From Bacteroidales bacterium (GTDB lineage Bacteria > Bacteroidota > Bacteroidia > Bacteroidales > BM520): DNA of 64,000 nt. The number at the start of each line of letters is the position of its first letter. The stretch's first letter is position 1. Positions 50,801-60,903 of the stretch are shown here, piece by piece. Position numbers and translations under genes: made by a program. The stretch spans positions 1,165 through 65,164 of the forward strand of contig JAEEQW010000011.1 in assembly GCA_016285515.1 (NCBI GenBank), written 5' to 3'. The notes under the pieces were generated by a model. It worked only from the letters and a program-made list of their open reading frames with translations, ran no database searches and was not told the DNA's origin.

Positions 50801-51640
50801 GCCTACAAGCAAAAGATAGTCTATCCCATAATTGTTGTAATAATCCTTGACACAATTTCTGATTTTTTCCTGACTGTCATTGCCTTGATAATACTGATAA
50901 ATGTGATCTGTAAGCTCAACAGCGCAATAGTAGCCCTGATTTGTCTTAAAGTTGATGTATGGCTGCAAAGCTGACAATAATGTGTCGGCTGTGATGAAAA
51001 GAATGTCGTAATCAGTGGATTTCCTTTCCGGATAAGTGTATGATGACAATGCAGATGAATCGTCAGCAATGTCAGCAATACGTCTCATTGTCTCGGCATC
51101 GTTATAAGCATTCATCTCGGCTTTCTGAGACTTGGAGGTATTTTCAAATGTGATGGTTTTTATGCATCTGACAATGTTTTCGGAAGGATAATATTTAGCA
51201 GGATAAATTTTTACCGTGGTTATGCCATGGCCTCTCAGAAACTGAGTGTTTGAACCGAACACGTTTTCGGCAGGATATGCTGACTTGGAGCCGTATATCT
51301 CAGCATTTTCAGTTCTTTCCACAACATCTGAAGGATGTGAAATAGGAATGGGGTTGCCCGCCGGCAAAAGACGTCCTTCTATTTCTTCGTCATAATATTC
51401 AACCGACTTGATAAGTACCTTTCCTGAAACGTTGTTTTGTTTCTCAAGAATGTTGTACTGATAGAATGGAATGACCGGATATCCGGGAGCGGCAACATCA
51501 AAACAGTTGGAGTAAACCAATTCAATATAATTACCGTTCTGTTTGACCTGAGGATATTCAAAATTAATCGTAACTTCCTGAGCCACAACAAATAATGTCA
51601 TCAAAAACGACAATGCAAATACAGAAATAAATCTTTTCAT
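47807..51640 (-). CDS. C25 (gingipain-family) cysteine peptidase with propeptide and T9SS CTD
   Basis: Start MKRFISVF at 51640; YLLLVGD, SDLYY, VGRI, NHLGHS (His), SQGCY (Cys), LFGDPS; IYPVPA..GIYVVRI..KKIIKQ. Confidence 0.88.
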   Translation of the reverse strand: MKRFISVFALSFLMTLFVVAQEVTINFEYPQVKQNGNYIELVYSNCFDVAAPGYPVIPFYQYNILEKQNNVSGKVLIKSVEYYDEEIEGRLLPAGNPIPISHPSDVVERTENAEIYGSKSAYPAENVFGSNTQFLRGHGITTVKIYPAKYYPSENIVRCIKTITFENTSKSQKAEMNAYNDAETMRRIADIADDSSALSSYTYPERKSTDYDILFITADTLLSALQPYINFKTNQGYYCAVELTDHIYQYYQGNDSQEKIRNCVKDYYNNYGIDYLLLVGDADVATPEQNIIPCRGFYAGGDPSIPSDLYYSNLDGTWNTDGDNLFGEDSFEADFYAEVSVGRICADSPAEVTRHTNKLMLYQSSPVANEVERDLMVGENLNSEIVTWGGTYKDEIAYGTSNHGFTTGGIPSNVSVRRLYERDTTWVGSDLYDVYSKDGVHVVNHLGHSNVEYNMKLNASALTTSHFKNNGVNHTLTIQYSQGCYNGSFDNRGEGYSAYGKSDCFAEVFTTLETGHVAQIGNSRYGWYMPGNTNVSSQYYDRLFFDGLYHRGYTKIGDANRYSKEKYTSWVMGYDGDNFRFVNYEVTLFGDPSMKVWIEKPYPILATIVSAVPNTLKDWNIGCNIDKAEIVITKDNAIIYKGNTQNGNFTIDFQSLNLVSGDTMQVNIMADNMIPFITSVGVLNFTPVIDFTINYSDSQGNSDGIINYGDRVDFIIRATNLSEAPFPGEQVTITCDDDFVELGVQSFGLQELAAGESGNVEGLYAYINPNTAISKDVVIKFHLSNNISFETFMTIEAPVISLDSYSIVEKTGDKDGVIEQGETGTITLTYSNSGKYPMRNVDIHLDYVDAVINYSDAVIHFDEIASGESVTCSFDFTVGDCIDGFIIHFLPHLSDEMNISYQKEICYMIGDSKILLVDLDKLKNSMPVLRSDLFSFIGANVDYKTTLPSQRTLNSYNIVFLCAGVYNNNTALKESEQQALINYLQNGGNLYLEGGSVWYADRDYGLKEYFGIEGNPSEESWVNGYTDIVGVEGTDFEGIYIEYNGDNRKIDCVTPINNATQLMVNSPVEFGGAVGNTTDTYKTIGASFEYGGLVENSNGDRLDYAKKILKYFGVNIVGPKSIDLPADTTICVGESIVLDAGEFASYLWSTGDTTRYLTITTSPFDPEDNYDISLTAIDEVGYIASKTIGVTIKNCEGVDDYENDAVTIYPVPAENHLIVKFNGERADMKIFNVTGTMVHNSSLTNGEKVSISDLPKGIYVVRIMIDNNIVTKKIIKQ

Positions 51641-51759
51641 CTTATTATTATTTTTTATTATTTTCAAAAAGAAATTTAAACGACAAAAATAAGTAATTTT
51701 ATGTTCTTAGTTGATTTTTATTTTTATTTTTAACTAATTTTGCAGAAACTTTACAAGAA

Positions 51760-52977
51760 ATGCGTTTATTACACACATCAGATTGGCATCTCGGGAAAAA
51801 ACTTAACAATTTCGACAGACTCGAAGAGCAGAGGGATGTTATGCGTGAAATTGTCTCCATTGCTGATGAACAGAATGTTGACATGGTTGTCGTTGCCGGT
51901 GACCTTTTCGACACGTTTAATCCTTCGAGTGATGCTCAACAGCTATTATATCAGACCTTATATGAGCTCTCACATGACGGACAGCGTCCTGTAATAGCAA
52001 TAGCCGGAAATCACGACTCTCCCGACAGAGTGGAATCGCCTGAAGTGCTTGCCCAGGTCTCAGGGATTTTCATGTTCGGCTACCCTAATTCAATGCCTGG
52101 CAACGCCTACACCCACAAAAAATTCCACATTACCAAAACAGACCAAGGATTCATGGAGATTCAGATTCCCGGTTGTATGGCTCCTATCAGAATATTACAC
52201 ACTCCATTCACTAATCAGGAACGTCTCCAAGCTTATCTCGGAGTGACAGAAGACGAGGAGCAGAAGGCACTGCGCAACCAGCTTCAGAATATGTGGCAGA
52301 AAGTGGCAGACAAGTATTGTGACAATGCAGGCGTAAACATACTTATCGCCCATCAGTTCGTCATCAACAACGAAAATGATACCGACGTTAAGGAACCGGA
52401 CGATGAAAATGCTGTCAATGTTGGGGGAACTTCGGCGATTTTCTCATACAATATTCCAAGACAGATACAATACACTGCACTCGGACATCTGCATCAGTGC
52501 AGAAAAGTCGGCGACAACAATATATGGTACAGCGGAAGTCCGCTCGAATACAGTTTTGCCGAAACAAACCAAGACAAATTCGTACTCGTTTCCGACATTG
52601 AGCCCAACAAAGAGCCTTCAGTGAATAAAATTCTTCTTGAATCTGGTTGCAAACTAAAAAGAATGACTTTCAACAACATTCTGGATGCGACAAACTGGCT
52701 TGAAAAAAACAAGGATTGTTGGGTCGAACTTACTATAGTGTCCGACAACTACTTATCACATTCAGATAAACAAATGCTTTATGATGCAAGCAATAAAATT
52801 GTTGCCATAATCCCACAGGTGAACACTACAAGCGACACTTTGTCGGCAGGAAGTCTGATAAGCAGCATCCGCACTGACAAGACAGCATTGTTCATGTCAT
52901 ATTTCACCAAAATGAAAGGCGGCGAGCCTGACCAGTCATTAATTGATTTGTTTAAAGAGATAATTTCACAACAATGA
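51760..52977 (+). CDS. sbcD: Exonuclease SbcCD subunit D
   Basis: HTSDWHLG, AGDLFD, GNHDS, ALGHLH, YSGSP. Confidence 0.95.
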   Translation: MRLLHTSDWHLGKKLNNFDRLEEQRDVMREIVSIADEQNVDMVVVAGDLFDTFNPSSDAQQLLYQTLYELSHDGQRPVIAIAGNHDSPDRVESPEVLAQVSGIFMFGYPNSMPGNAYTHKKFHITKTDQGFMEIQIPGCMAPIRILHTPFTNQERLQAYLGVTEDEEQKALRNQLQNMWQKVADKYCDNAGVNILIAHQFVINNENDTDVKEPDDENAVNVGGTSAIFSYNIPRQIQYTALGHLHQCRKVGDNNIWYSGSPLEYSFAETNQDKFVLVSDIEPNKEPSVNKILLESGCKLKRMTFNNILDATNWLEKNKDCWVELTIVSDNYLSHSDKQMLYDASNKIVAIIPQVNTTSDTLSAGSLISSIRTDKTALFMSYFTKMKGGEPDQSLIDLFKEIISQQ

Positions 52978-55900
52978 TACCCATAAAACTGACAATAGAA
53001 GGAATATATTCATACCAGAAAGCACAGACCATTGATTTCACGAAATTGACCAAGGAAAAAGTGTTCGGTATCTTCGGAGCTACCGGCAGTGGGAAATCCA
53101 CTATCCTTGAAGCAATGATTTATGCACTTTATGACAACTCGGAACGTCTCGGTGGCAGCAACTACAAATACAACATGATGAATCTCATGTCCAACAGAAT
53201 GTTCATCGATTTCGAGTTCTTAGCGGGCAACGAAATATATAAGGTCACCGTTGAATCGAAAAGAGACAAAAAGAACTTCGATAATATAACTACGCCAAAT
53301 AAAAATCTCTACAAGAAAAACGGAAACGAATGGAATGCAATTGATAAAAATACCATTCCCGATATCGTTGGACTTTCGGTTGACAATTTCCGTCGGATTG
53401 TCATAATCCCACAAGGCAAATTCCAGGAATTTCTTCAACTTGGCGGCAAGAAACGCGCCGATATGATGATGGAAATTTTCCCGGAACTTAAAGATTACGA
53501 CCTGTTCGAAAAAGCCAATAAACTTTATGAAGACAACGATAAAGCAATAAAAACGCTTGAAGGACAACTCAGTCCGCTTCAGGGTGTCAGTCAAGAAAAC
53601 ATTGATAAGGAAATATCCGAACTTCAGGCTATTAAAGAAGTGCAAGCCAATATTATCGGACAAATAAACACAATAGGGGACGAAATAAATTCTATGGATG
53701 AAATCAAAGACAAATTCTCTGAACTTGACTCCAAACTTGAAACCATGTCACAACTCAGAAACAGGTCAGAGGATATTTCAGCCAAAGAAAAGGATATCAG
53801 TGATTTGCGTAAATGTGAAAGACTATTCAAATCAAACATCTCGCTTCTCGAAAGAACAAATAACACACTAAAGGAAAACAAAGATGCAAAAGTAAAAATC
53901 GAGAAATTAATCACTGAAAAAAAAGAAACCTTAAATAAAATATCGTCCCAACTTGAAAGAGCCAAATCGGAATTTGAAAAAATCGACAGTCTCAACGACA
54001 AGGTGAAATATCTTGAAAAAGTAATAAGTCTTAATGATAATCTGACAAGTAAAACTGAAAAAGAGAACGACAATTCAAAACTTCAGGAACGACTTAAAAA
54101 AGGCAACAAATGTATTGATGACTTAAAATCTGAAATTAACAACATTAAAGTTGAAACTGCCAATTTACAGCAATTTTATATTGAACGTCAGACAATCAAC
54201 CAAGTTAGCGAGTGGTTCAGAACCTTGCATAGCATTGAGGAAAAATATGCATTTTACCATAAAGAAAAAGCAAAACATGTAGATAAACTGCAGCAAAATG
54301 AGAAAGAAAGGCTTGAAGCAATAGAAAAAGCCGGCTTTGATTCTGATTGTACAGACGTCAATAATATAGCCGATGCAATCAGCCTTGCTGTCACTAAACT
54401 TAAAGCAGACCTGATACAATACAAGGAAAAGATGCAGAACTTTAAAATAAAGGAAGAACTCAACAAATATGCAAATGACCTAAGTGATGGTGAGCCCTGT
54501 CCTTTATGCGGAAGTATCCACCACCCTGCCATAATCAAGATGACAGATGTAAGCAGTGCTATCAGCAAACTAAATGCAGAGACCGAGAAATTAGAAAACA
54601 AAATCAGCAGCTATGAAAAACTTGCTGTCAAAATTGAAGGAATAAACAAAGCAATTGCCCAAATTGACGATGAAATCGAAAACGATAATGATCTTCTTTC
54701 TTTAGAAGACAAGAATTACGAGAAACATAATAACAGCTTTAATTTCAACGGTTTCTCCAAGAATGAGGATGAACTAAAAAAAAGGAAGAAGGAGAATGAT
54801 GACATAATCGAATCATTGCTGTCAAAACAGAATGAACTGCCAAACAAAGAGAATAATCTTGAAAAGTACCGCAATGAAATTGAAAAAATCAAAAAGCAGA
54901 TTAATGAAACAGAAAAGGAAATTTCACAATATGACGGCATCATCAACACACTGAAAAATGATATTCCCTCTGAAATTTTGGAGCAGTTTTCCAAAATGTC
55001 AGCAGAGACATTAAGAGGTGAGATTTCATCTGTAAAGAATGAAATTGTACGAATCAAAAGCGATTATGACAGATTATCGAAAAGCTCAACTGAAATTAAT
55101 AATACCATCAGCGATGCCACTGGACAGCTTAAAAACATCGACGGCAATATCACCGTCAACAATAATGAAATAGAGAGTCTGAACATAAAAATTGAATCCC
55201 AGCTACAACAAACTGAATATAAATCCATTGAAGAAGTAAAAGCAATTTTATCCAAGAATATCGATATTGAAGGCGCCGAAAAGGAAATCAAAAAATACAG
55301 GGACGAGCGGGCAGCAACTGAAAGCAGAATCACCGAGTTGGAACAACAGCTTGAAGGCAGACAATTCGATGAAAAAAAATACCTTGAAGCCAAGAAGAAA
55401 CATGACAAATTACAGGAAGAGAGGGATAAAAATCTGACAGAAATTGGCTCACGGGAAAGTAAGATTGAAACTATGACCAATCAGTTGAACAACCGTCGGA
55501 ATTTAGAGAAGGACATGAAAATCAAGAAAGAAAGGGCCAAAGGTCTCAACGATTTGTGCAACATATTCAAAGGCAGCGGATTTGTCAAATATGTGTCAAC
55601 AATATACCTTGAGGAACTCTGTCGCAATGCCAACGAGCGTTTCATGAAAATGACTAACAACCAGCTTGAGCTTACCGTCAACGAAGACAGTGACTTTGAA
55701 CTTATCGACTATCTCAACAACGGTCACCATCGTTCTGTCAAGACCTTGTCTGGTGGTCAGACATTCCAGGCCTCGCTATCGCTTGCACTTGCGTTAATTG
55801 ACAACATAAGACGCAATTCATCATCGACCCAGAACTTCTTTTTTCTTGATGAGGGCTTCGGTTCACAGGACAAGCAGAGCTTGAATGTGATTTTTGAAAC

Positions 55901-56024
55901 CTTAAAAGACCTCCGCAATGAAGACAGGATTGTCGGCCTCATCAGTCATGTTGAGGAATTGCAGCAGAAGATACCGGCAAGCGTAACTGTCAGTTGTGAC
56001 GAGTCAGGTTCAATTATCCGCTGA
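52974..56024 (+). CDS. sbcC: Exonuclease SbcCD subunit C (SMC-like)
   Basis: GATGSGKS, coiled coil, CPLC zinc hook, LSGG, FLDEGFG, ISH. Confidence 0.95.
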   Translation: MIPIKLTIEGIYSYQKAQTIDFTKLTKEKVFGIFGATGSGKSTILEAMIYALYDNSERLGGSNYKYNMMNLMSNRMFIDFEFLAGNEIYKVTVESKRDKKNFDNITTPNKNLYKKNGNEWNAIDKNTIPDIVGLSVDNFRRIVIIPQGKFQEFLQLGGKKRADMMMEIFPELKDYDLFEKANKLYEDNDKAIKTLEGQLSPLQGVSQENIDKEISELQAIKEVQANIIGQINTIGDEINSMDEIKDKFSELDSKLETMSQLRNRSEDISAKEKDISDLRKCERLFKSNISLLERTNNTLKENKDAKVKIEKLITEKKETLNKISSQLERAKSEFEKIDSLNDKVKYLEKVISLNDNLTSKTEKENDNSKLQERLKKGNKCIDDLKSEINNIKVETANLQQFYIERQTINQVSEWFRTLHSIEEKYAFYHKEKAKHVDKLQQNEKERLEAIEKAGFDSDCTDVNNIADAISLAVTKLKADLIQYKEKMQNFKIKEELNKYANDLSDGEPCPLCGSIHHPAIIKMTDVSSAISKLNAETEKLENKISSYEKLAVKIEGINKAIAQIDDEIENDNDLLSLEDKNYEKHNNSFNFNGFSKNEDELKKRKKENDDIIESLLSKQNELPNKENNLEKYRNEIEKIKKQINETEKEISQYDGIINTLKNDIPSEILEQFSKMSAETLRGEISSVKNEIVRIKSDYDRLSKSSTEINNTISDATGQLKNIDGNITVNNNEIESLNIKIESQLQQTEYKSIEEVKAILSKNIDIEGAEKEIKKYRDERAATESRITELEQQLEGRQFDEKKYLEAKKKHDKLQEERDKNLTEIGSRESKIETMTNQLNNRRNLEKDMKIKKERAKGLNDLCNIFKGSGFVKYVSTIYLEELCRNANERFMKMTNNQLELTVNEDSDFELIDYLNNGHHRSVKTLSGGQTFQASLSLALALIDNIRRNSSSTQNFFFLDEGFGSQDKQSLNVIFETLKDLRNEDRIVGLISHVEELQQKIPASVTVSCDESGSIIR

Positions 56025-56261
56025 CTGTAATATACGACAACTTTTTCATGCGAGGACAAAATTCTGACTGGAGCAGAGATACGCTCATAGTTGGTGTTGC
56101 TTTGCAGCAGTTGGTTATGAGGATGTTAATTAGAAACCGTATATCAAACAACAGTTGTCTGGCAGATTAACGGGTCCTATCTGTTTGGACGGCTAAAAAT
56201 GAATAAATAGCCTCCCCTAAAAAAATTATTGCAAAATAAACTTGTTTCCGATTAAAAAAAT

Positions 56262-56269
56262 TAATTTTG
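56262..56269 (+). promoter_or_regulatory. -7 promoter element of the V-ATPase operon
   Basis: TAATTTTG with TTG ~17 nt upstream. Confidence 0.55.
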
Positions 56270-56351
56270 TAAACTTTTCCAACGGAAAAGTACATCATAA
56301 AAATGATAACAAAATAGTATTGCATATTTATTTGCACAAACCATTTGCGTT

Positions 56352-56957
56352 ATGGAAGATACATTAAAAAAATTAACGGACCAGATTTACAATGAAGGCA
56401 TAACCAAAGCCAATGAAGAAGCGGAAATAATAATCAGCAATGCAAAGAAGGAAGCTGAAAGGATTATTGAAGCAGCAAAGAAAGAATCTGCAGAAAGAAT
56501 TGCAAAAGCTCAGTTTGATTCTGACGAATTAAAGAAAAAAGTAAATACAGAGTTGGAACTTACTGCAAATCAAGCTGTTTCATCTATCAAACAAAGTGTT
56601 GCCAATGTATTGCTCGAAAATGTAATAGATAAATCTATGAAGGGGCTGTTCAATGACAAAGAATTCCTCAAGGAAATGATTCTGACGATGGTCAAGAATT
56701 GGGACAGCACAAAGGAGCAGGCAGATTTCAACATTTTGTTTCCGGAAGATTCCAAACTTGACGGGTTTTTACAGTCTGAACTTGGCAAAACTCTGAACAA
56801 TCACGTTACTTTCAAACCTTCCAAGTCGGTCGAAAACGGCTTTGCCATTGAAACCAAGGGAGAATCATATAAGATCAATTTCACAGAACAGGATTTCAGT
56901 TCATTTATTAAAGATTACATTCGCCCGAGAACTTTCGAATTGTTATTTAAGAAGTAA
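56352..56957 (+). CDS. V-type ATP synthase subunit E
   Basis: LTDQIYNEGITKANEEAEIII coiled coil; first gene of the operon. Confidence 0.85.
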   Translation: MEDTLKKLTDQIYNEGITKANEEAEIIISNAKKEAERIIEAAKKESAERIAKAQFDSDELKKKVNTELELTANQAVSSIKQSVANVLLENVIDKSMKGLFNDKEFLKEMILTMVKNWDSTKEQADFNILFPEDSKLDGFLQSELGKTLNNHVTFKPSKSVENGFAIETKGESYKINFTEQDFSSFIKDYIRPRTFELLFKK

Positions 56958-56975
56958 ACTGTTATAGGAAGCAAA

Positions 56976-57809
56976 ATGAGTTATAACTATTACTGCTTAG
57001 TAGCGGGAATGCCAGAAATAGCATTCGACCAAAAGACACTCGTATTCAAGCCTGATGAGCTAAAGGAGTATTTGAAGGAATCATTGCGCGGTTCCGATTT
57101 AAAGGAATTACGCAATCTTTACTATGAATACGACAATCATAACATACTTGGAATGCTCTTTCATGATGACAAATCAGAAGTTGAATTCAACAATCTTGCA
57201 AACTACACTTACGATGAGCTTTTAGCGGCCTTCAAGGATCCAAACGAAATAGACACGGACTATATCGCCAGATTCATAGAGGAGTACAACGACAGCGACA
57301 GGAAAGACGACAGATTGTATTGGGAAAAACGTCTGACGCAGGCATATTATGAACATATTGGCAATTCATCCAACCGGTTTATAAGAAACTGGTTCAGTTT
57401 CGAGTTTATGCTAAAAAATGTCATGAGTGCCATTATAGCCAGAAAATACGGTCTCGACAACGATGATCAGCTAATTGTAAACTCAGAACCGTTACAGCTT
57501 ATTGCAAAGAGCAATGCTAAAGATTTCGGCTTGTCAGTTGACTGGCCGATGATAAACACTGTCATCAACATTTTTGACAACAGCAATCTTTTCAAGAGAG
57601 AAGAAGAAATCGACCGTCTTAAGTGGAAATGGCTTGATGAAGCCACTACCTTTGAATATTTCTCTTTTGAGGTGGTCATAGCAATATTGCTGAAACTCAG
57701 AATAATAGAAAGATGGGTTAATGCCGACCCCGGAAAAGGCAAGACTATGTTCAGGGATCTCATCGAAGACATCAAGAACACAGCTGATTTGGATAATAAT
57801 AAAAATTGA
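56976..57809 (+). CDS. DUF2764 protein (V-ATPase subunit C-like)
   Basis: YYCLVAGMP..., EIDRLKWKWL; position between E and A. Confidence 0.85.
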   Translation: MSYNYYCLVAGMPEIAFDQKTLVFKPDELKEYLKESLRGSDLKELRNLYYEYDNHNILGMLFHDDKSEVEFNNLANYTYDELLAAFKDPNEIDTDYIARFIEEYNDSDRKDDRLYWEKRLTQAYYEHIGNSSNRFIRNWFSFEFMLKNVMSAIIARKYGLDNDDQLIVNSEPLQLIAKSNAKDFGLSVDWPMINTVINIFDNSNLFKREEEIDRLKWKWLDEATTFEYFSFEVVIAILLKLRIIERWVNADPGKGKTMFRDLIEDIKNTADLDNNKN

Positions 57810-57814
57810 AATAT

Positions 57815-59572
57815 ATGAACACAATTGGAAAAGTAGTTGGAATCATTTCGAACCTTGTCTCGGTTAAAGTTGACGGGCCTGTTGCACAGAATGAAATATG
57901 TTATGTGAAAATGGGCGACGAAAACCTTATGGCAGAAGTAATCAAGGTCAACGGTGACATTGCCAACATCCAAGTTTTTGAAAGTACCAGAGGACTGAAA
58001 GTCGGCACTGAAGTGGAATTCCTTCAGCACATGCTCGAAGTCACTCTCGGTCCAGGTATCCTTTCAAAAAATTACGACGGATTACAGAACGACCTTGACA
58101 AAATGCAGTCCACCTTCCTGAAAAGAGGCGAATACACAAACCCTCTTGACGATGACATAAAGTGGGACTTTAAACCATTGGCCAAAGTCGGTGATACTGT
58201 AGAAGCTGGTGACTGGCTTGGCAGCGTAAAGGAAAACTGGGTTGACCACAAAATCATGGTGCCTTTTTCTTTCAAAGGCAAATATAAGGTTAAATCCATA
58301 ACCCCTGCAGGCCAATATACTATCAAGGACACTATGGCAGTGCTCATCAATGAAAAAGGTGAAGACGTAAAAGTGACCATGATACAGAAATGGCCTATCA
58401 AACGTGCAATCACCTGCTACAAGGACAAACCGATACCGAAGAAGGTTCTCGAAACCGGTGTCAGAATAATTGACAGCATGAACCCTATCACAGAAGGCGG
58501 CACCGGATTCATTCCGGGTCCTTTCGGATGCGGTAAAACAGTGCTGCAACATGCCATTGCAAAACAAGCAGCAGCTGACATCATCATCATGACGGCCTGC
58601 GGTGAACGCGCCAATGAGGTTGTCGAAATCTTCAAGGAATATCCTGAACTTATTGACCCGCATACAGGCAGAAAGCTGAGTGAACGAACAACAATTGTCT
58701 GCAACACCTCCAACATGCCTGTTGCTGCCCGTGAAGCCTCGGTTTATACTGGGATGACAATTGCCGAGTATTACAGAGCCATGGGGCTGAGAGTCCTTCT
58801 CCTTGCCGATTCAACTTCACGTTGGGCTCAAGCACTGCGTGAAATGTCAAACCGTCTGGAGGAACTTCCGGGCCAGGATGCCTTTCCTGTTGACTTGTCG
58901 GCAATCATTGCCAACTTCTATGCGCGTGCCGGGTTCGTTGAACTTAACAACGGAGCAACAGGTTCGGTTACCTTCATAGGAACAGTCTCCCCTGCCGGCG
59001 GCAACCTCAAGGAGCCTGTCACAGAATCAACTAAAAAGGCAGCGCGTTGCTTCTACGCTCTTTCGCAGGAACGAGCAGACGGAAAACGCTACCCTGCTGT
59101 CGATCCTATCGAATCATATTCAAAATACCTCGAATACGAACAAGTACAACAATATCTCAGAGAGAAAATATCTCCTGACTGGAACGAAATTATCGATGAA
59201 ACCAAAAACATTGTCCTGAGAGGCAAGGAAGCCAAGGAGCAGATAAACATTCTTGGTGATGACAGCGTGCCAATTGAATATCACATCCGTTTCTGGAATT
59301 CGGAACTCATTGATTTCGTGTTCCTCCAGCAAGACGCATTCGATGAAATCGATGCTGACTGTCCTCTGCCACGTCAGGAATTTATGCTAAAACTTGTCCT
59401 TGACATTTGTCACAACAAGTTCAAATTCGACTCATTTGAAGAGGTAAGTGCTTATTACAAACGTCTGATTAATATTCTTAAACAGATGAACTATTCTGAA
59501 TATCAGTCGGATAACTTCAATAAATATCTCAATGAGCTCAACACGATAGTTGAAGAAAGGAGAACCAAATAA
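57815..59572 (+). CDS. ntpA: V-type ATP synthase subunit A
   Basis: GPFGCGKT, CGERANE, DSTSRWAQALRE, PAGG. Confidence 0.96.
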   Translation: MNTIGKVVGIISNLVSVKVDGPVAQNEICYVKMGDENLMAEVIKVNGDIANIQVFESTRGLKVGTEVEFLQHMLEVTLGPGILSKNYDGLQNDLDKMQSTFLKRGEYTNPLDDDIKWDFKPLAKVGDTVEAGDWLGSVKENWVDHKIMVPFSFKGKYKVKSITPAGQYTIKDTMAVLINEKGEDVKVTMIQKWPIKRAITCYKDKPIPKKVLETGVRIIDSMNPITEGGTGFIPGPFGCGKTVLQHAIAKQAAADIIIMTACGERANEVVEIFKEYPELIDPHTGRKLSERTTIVCNTSNMPVAAREASVYTGMTIAEYYRAMGLRVLLLADSTSRWAQALREMSNRLEELPGQDAFPVDLSAIIANFYARAGFVELNNGATGSVTFIGTVSPAGGNLKEPVTESTKKAARCFYALSQERADGKRYPAVDPIESYSKYLEYEQVQQYLREKISPDWNEIIDETKNIVLRGKEAKEQINILGDDSVPIEYHIRFWNSELIDFVFLQQDAFDEIDADCPLPRQEFMLKLVLDICHNKFKFDSFEEVSAYYKRLINILKQMNYSEYQSDNFNKYLNELNTIVEERRTK

Positions 59573-60891
59573 TGACAACAAAAGCATTTCAACGTATATA
59601 TACCAAGATTACACAAATCACCAAGGCCACATGTACTTTAAAAGCAACAGGTGTAGGCTATGATGAAATGGCCATAATCGACGGCAGAATGGCCCAGGTG
59701 GTTAAAATCAGCGGCGAAGATGTGACATTGCAAATCTTCGGCGGAACTGAAGGTATCCGCACCAATGCAGAAGCCGTATTTCTTGGCAGACCTCCTGTAC
59801 TCAAAGTCGGACCGGAACTTTCGGGTCGTTTCTTCAACGCATACGGAGACCCTATCGACGGTGGCACACCAATCGATGGTGAGGAACGCCAAATCGGTGG
59901 TCCGTCAGTCAACCCCGTCAAACGTCAGCAGCCATCACAGCTGATTTCCACAGGTATTGCAGGTATCGACCTTAACAATACGATAGTTACAGGTCAGAAG
60001 ATTCCTTTCTTCGCTGATCCTGACCAACCATACAATGAAGTTATGGCTACAGTCGCCCTCAGAGCTAAGGCTGACAAGATTATCCTCGGTGGAATGGGAC
60101 TGACTCATGATGACTACCTGTATTATAAGAACACTTTCGACAATGCAGGTGCTCTCGACAGAATAGTCAGTTTCGTCAACACGACCGACGACCCTCCTAT
60201 CGAACGACTGCTTATCCCTGACATGGCGCTTACGGCTGCTGAGTATTTCGCATACGATAAAAATGAGAAAGTTCTTGTACTGTTGACCGACATGACACTG
60301 TATGCCGATGCATTGTGCATAGTTTCCAACCGTATGGACCAGATTCCTTCAAAGGACAGTATGCCTGGCTCACTGTATTCCGACCTTGCAAAAATATACG
60401 AAAAAGCCGTCCAATTCAAGGAAGGCGGCTCAATAACAATCATAGCGGTTACAACCCTCAGCGGCGGTGACATCACCCATGCAATTCCTGACAATACCGG
60501 TTATATCACAGAAGGACAGCTCTTCCTCAGAAGAGACTCGGATATACGTAAAGTAATCATTGACCCGTTCAGGAGCCTTTCACGTCTGAAACAGCTTGTT
60601 ATAGGCAAACAGACAAGAGAAGACCATCCTCAGGTCATGAATGCAGCCGTCCGTCTTTATGCCGATGCCGCCAACGCACGCACCAAACTCGAAAACGGTT
60701 TCGACTTGACCGACTATGATCAGCGCTGTCTCGATTTCGCATCGGAATATTCCGAAAAACTTCTTGCCATCGATGTGAACATAGATATAGAGAAAATGCT
60801 TAATACAGCATGGGAACTTTTCGCTGCTCACTTCTCAAAGGCCGAAGTCAACATCAAACAGTCATTGGTCGATAAATACTGGAAAAACTAA
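59572..60891 (+). CDS. ntpB: V-type ATP synthase subunit B
   Basis: TDMTLYADAL, PDNTGYITEGQ, SLSRL. Confidence 0.96.
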   Translation: MTTKAFQRIYTKITQITKATCTLKATGVGYDEMAIIDGRMAQVVKISGEDVTLQIFGGTEGIRTNAEAVFLGRPPVLKVGPELSGRFFNAYGDPIDGGTPIDGEERQIGGPSVNPVKRQQPSQLISTGIAGIDLNNTIVTGQKIPFFADPDQPYNEVMATVALRAKADKIILGGMGLTHDDYLYYKNTFDNAGALDRIVSFVNTTDDPPIERLLIPDMALTAAEYFAYDKNEKVLVLLTDMTLYADALCIVSNRMDQIPSKDSMPGSLYSDLAKIYEKAVQFKEGGSITIIAVTTLSGGDITHAIPDNTGYITEGQLFLRRDSDIRKVIIDPFRSLSRLKQLVIGKQTREDHPQVMNAAVRLYADAANARTKLENGFDLTDYDQRCLDFASEYSEKLLAIDVNIDIEKMLNTAWELFAAHFSKAEVNIKQSLVDKYWKN

Positions 60892-60903
60892 TTTATTCAC
60901 ATC

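Noticed and set aside
51760-56024. SMC-like ATPase + nuclease as a Wadjet/Lamassu-type defence system
   Set aside because: Canonical SbcD phosphoesterase motifs and the SbcC zinc hook indicate housekeeping SbcCD.
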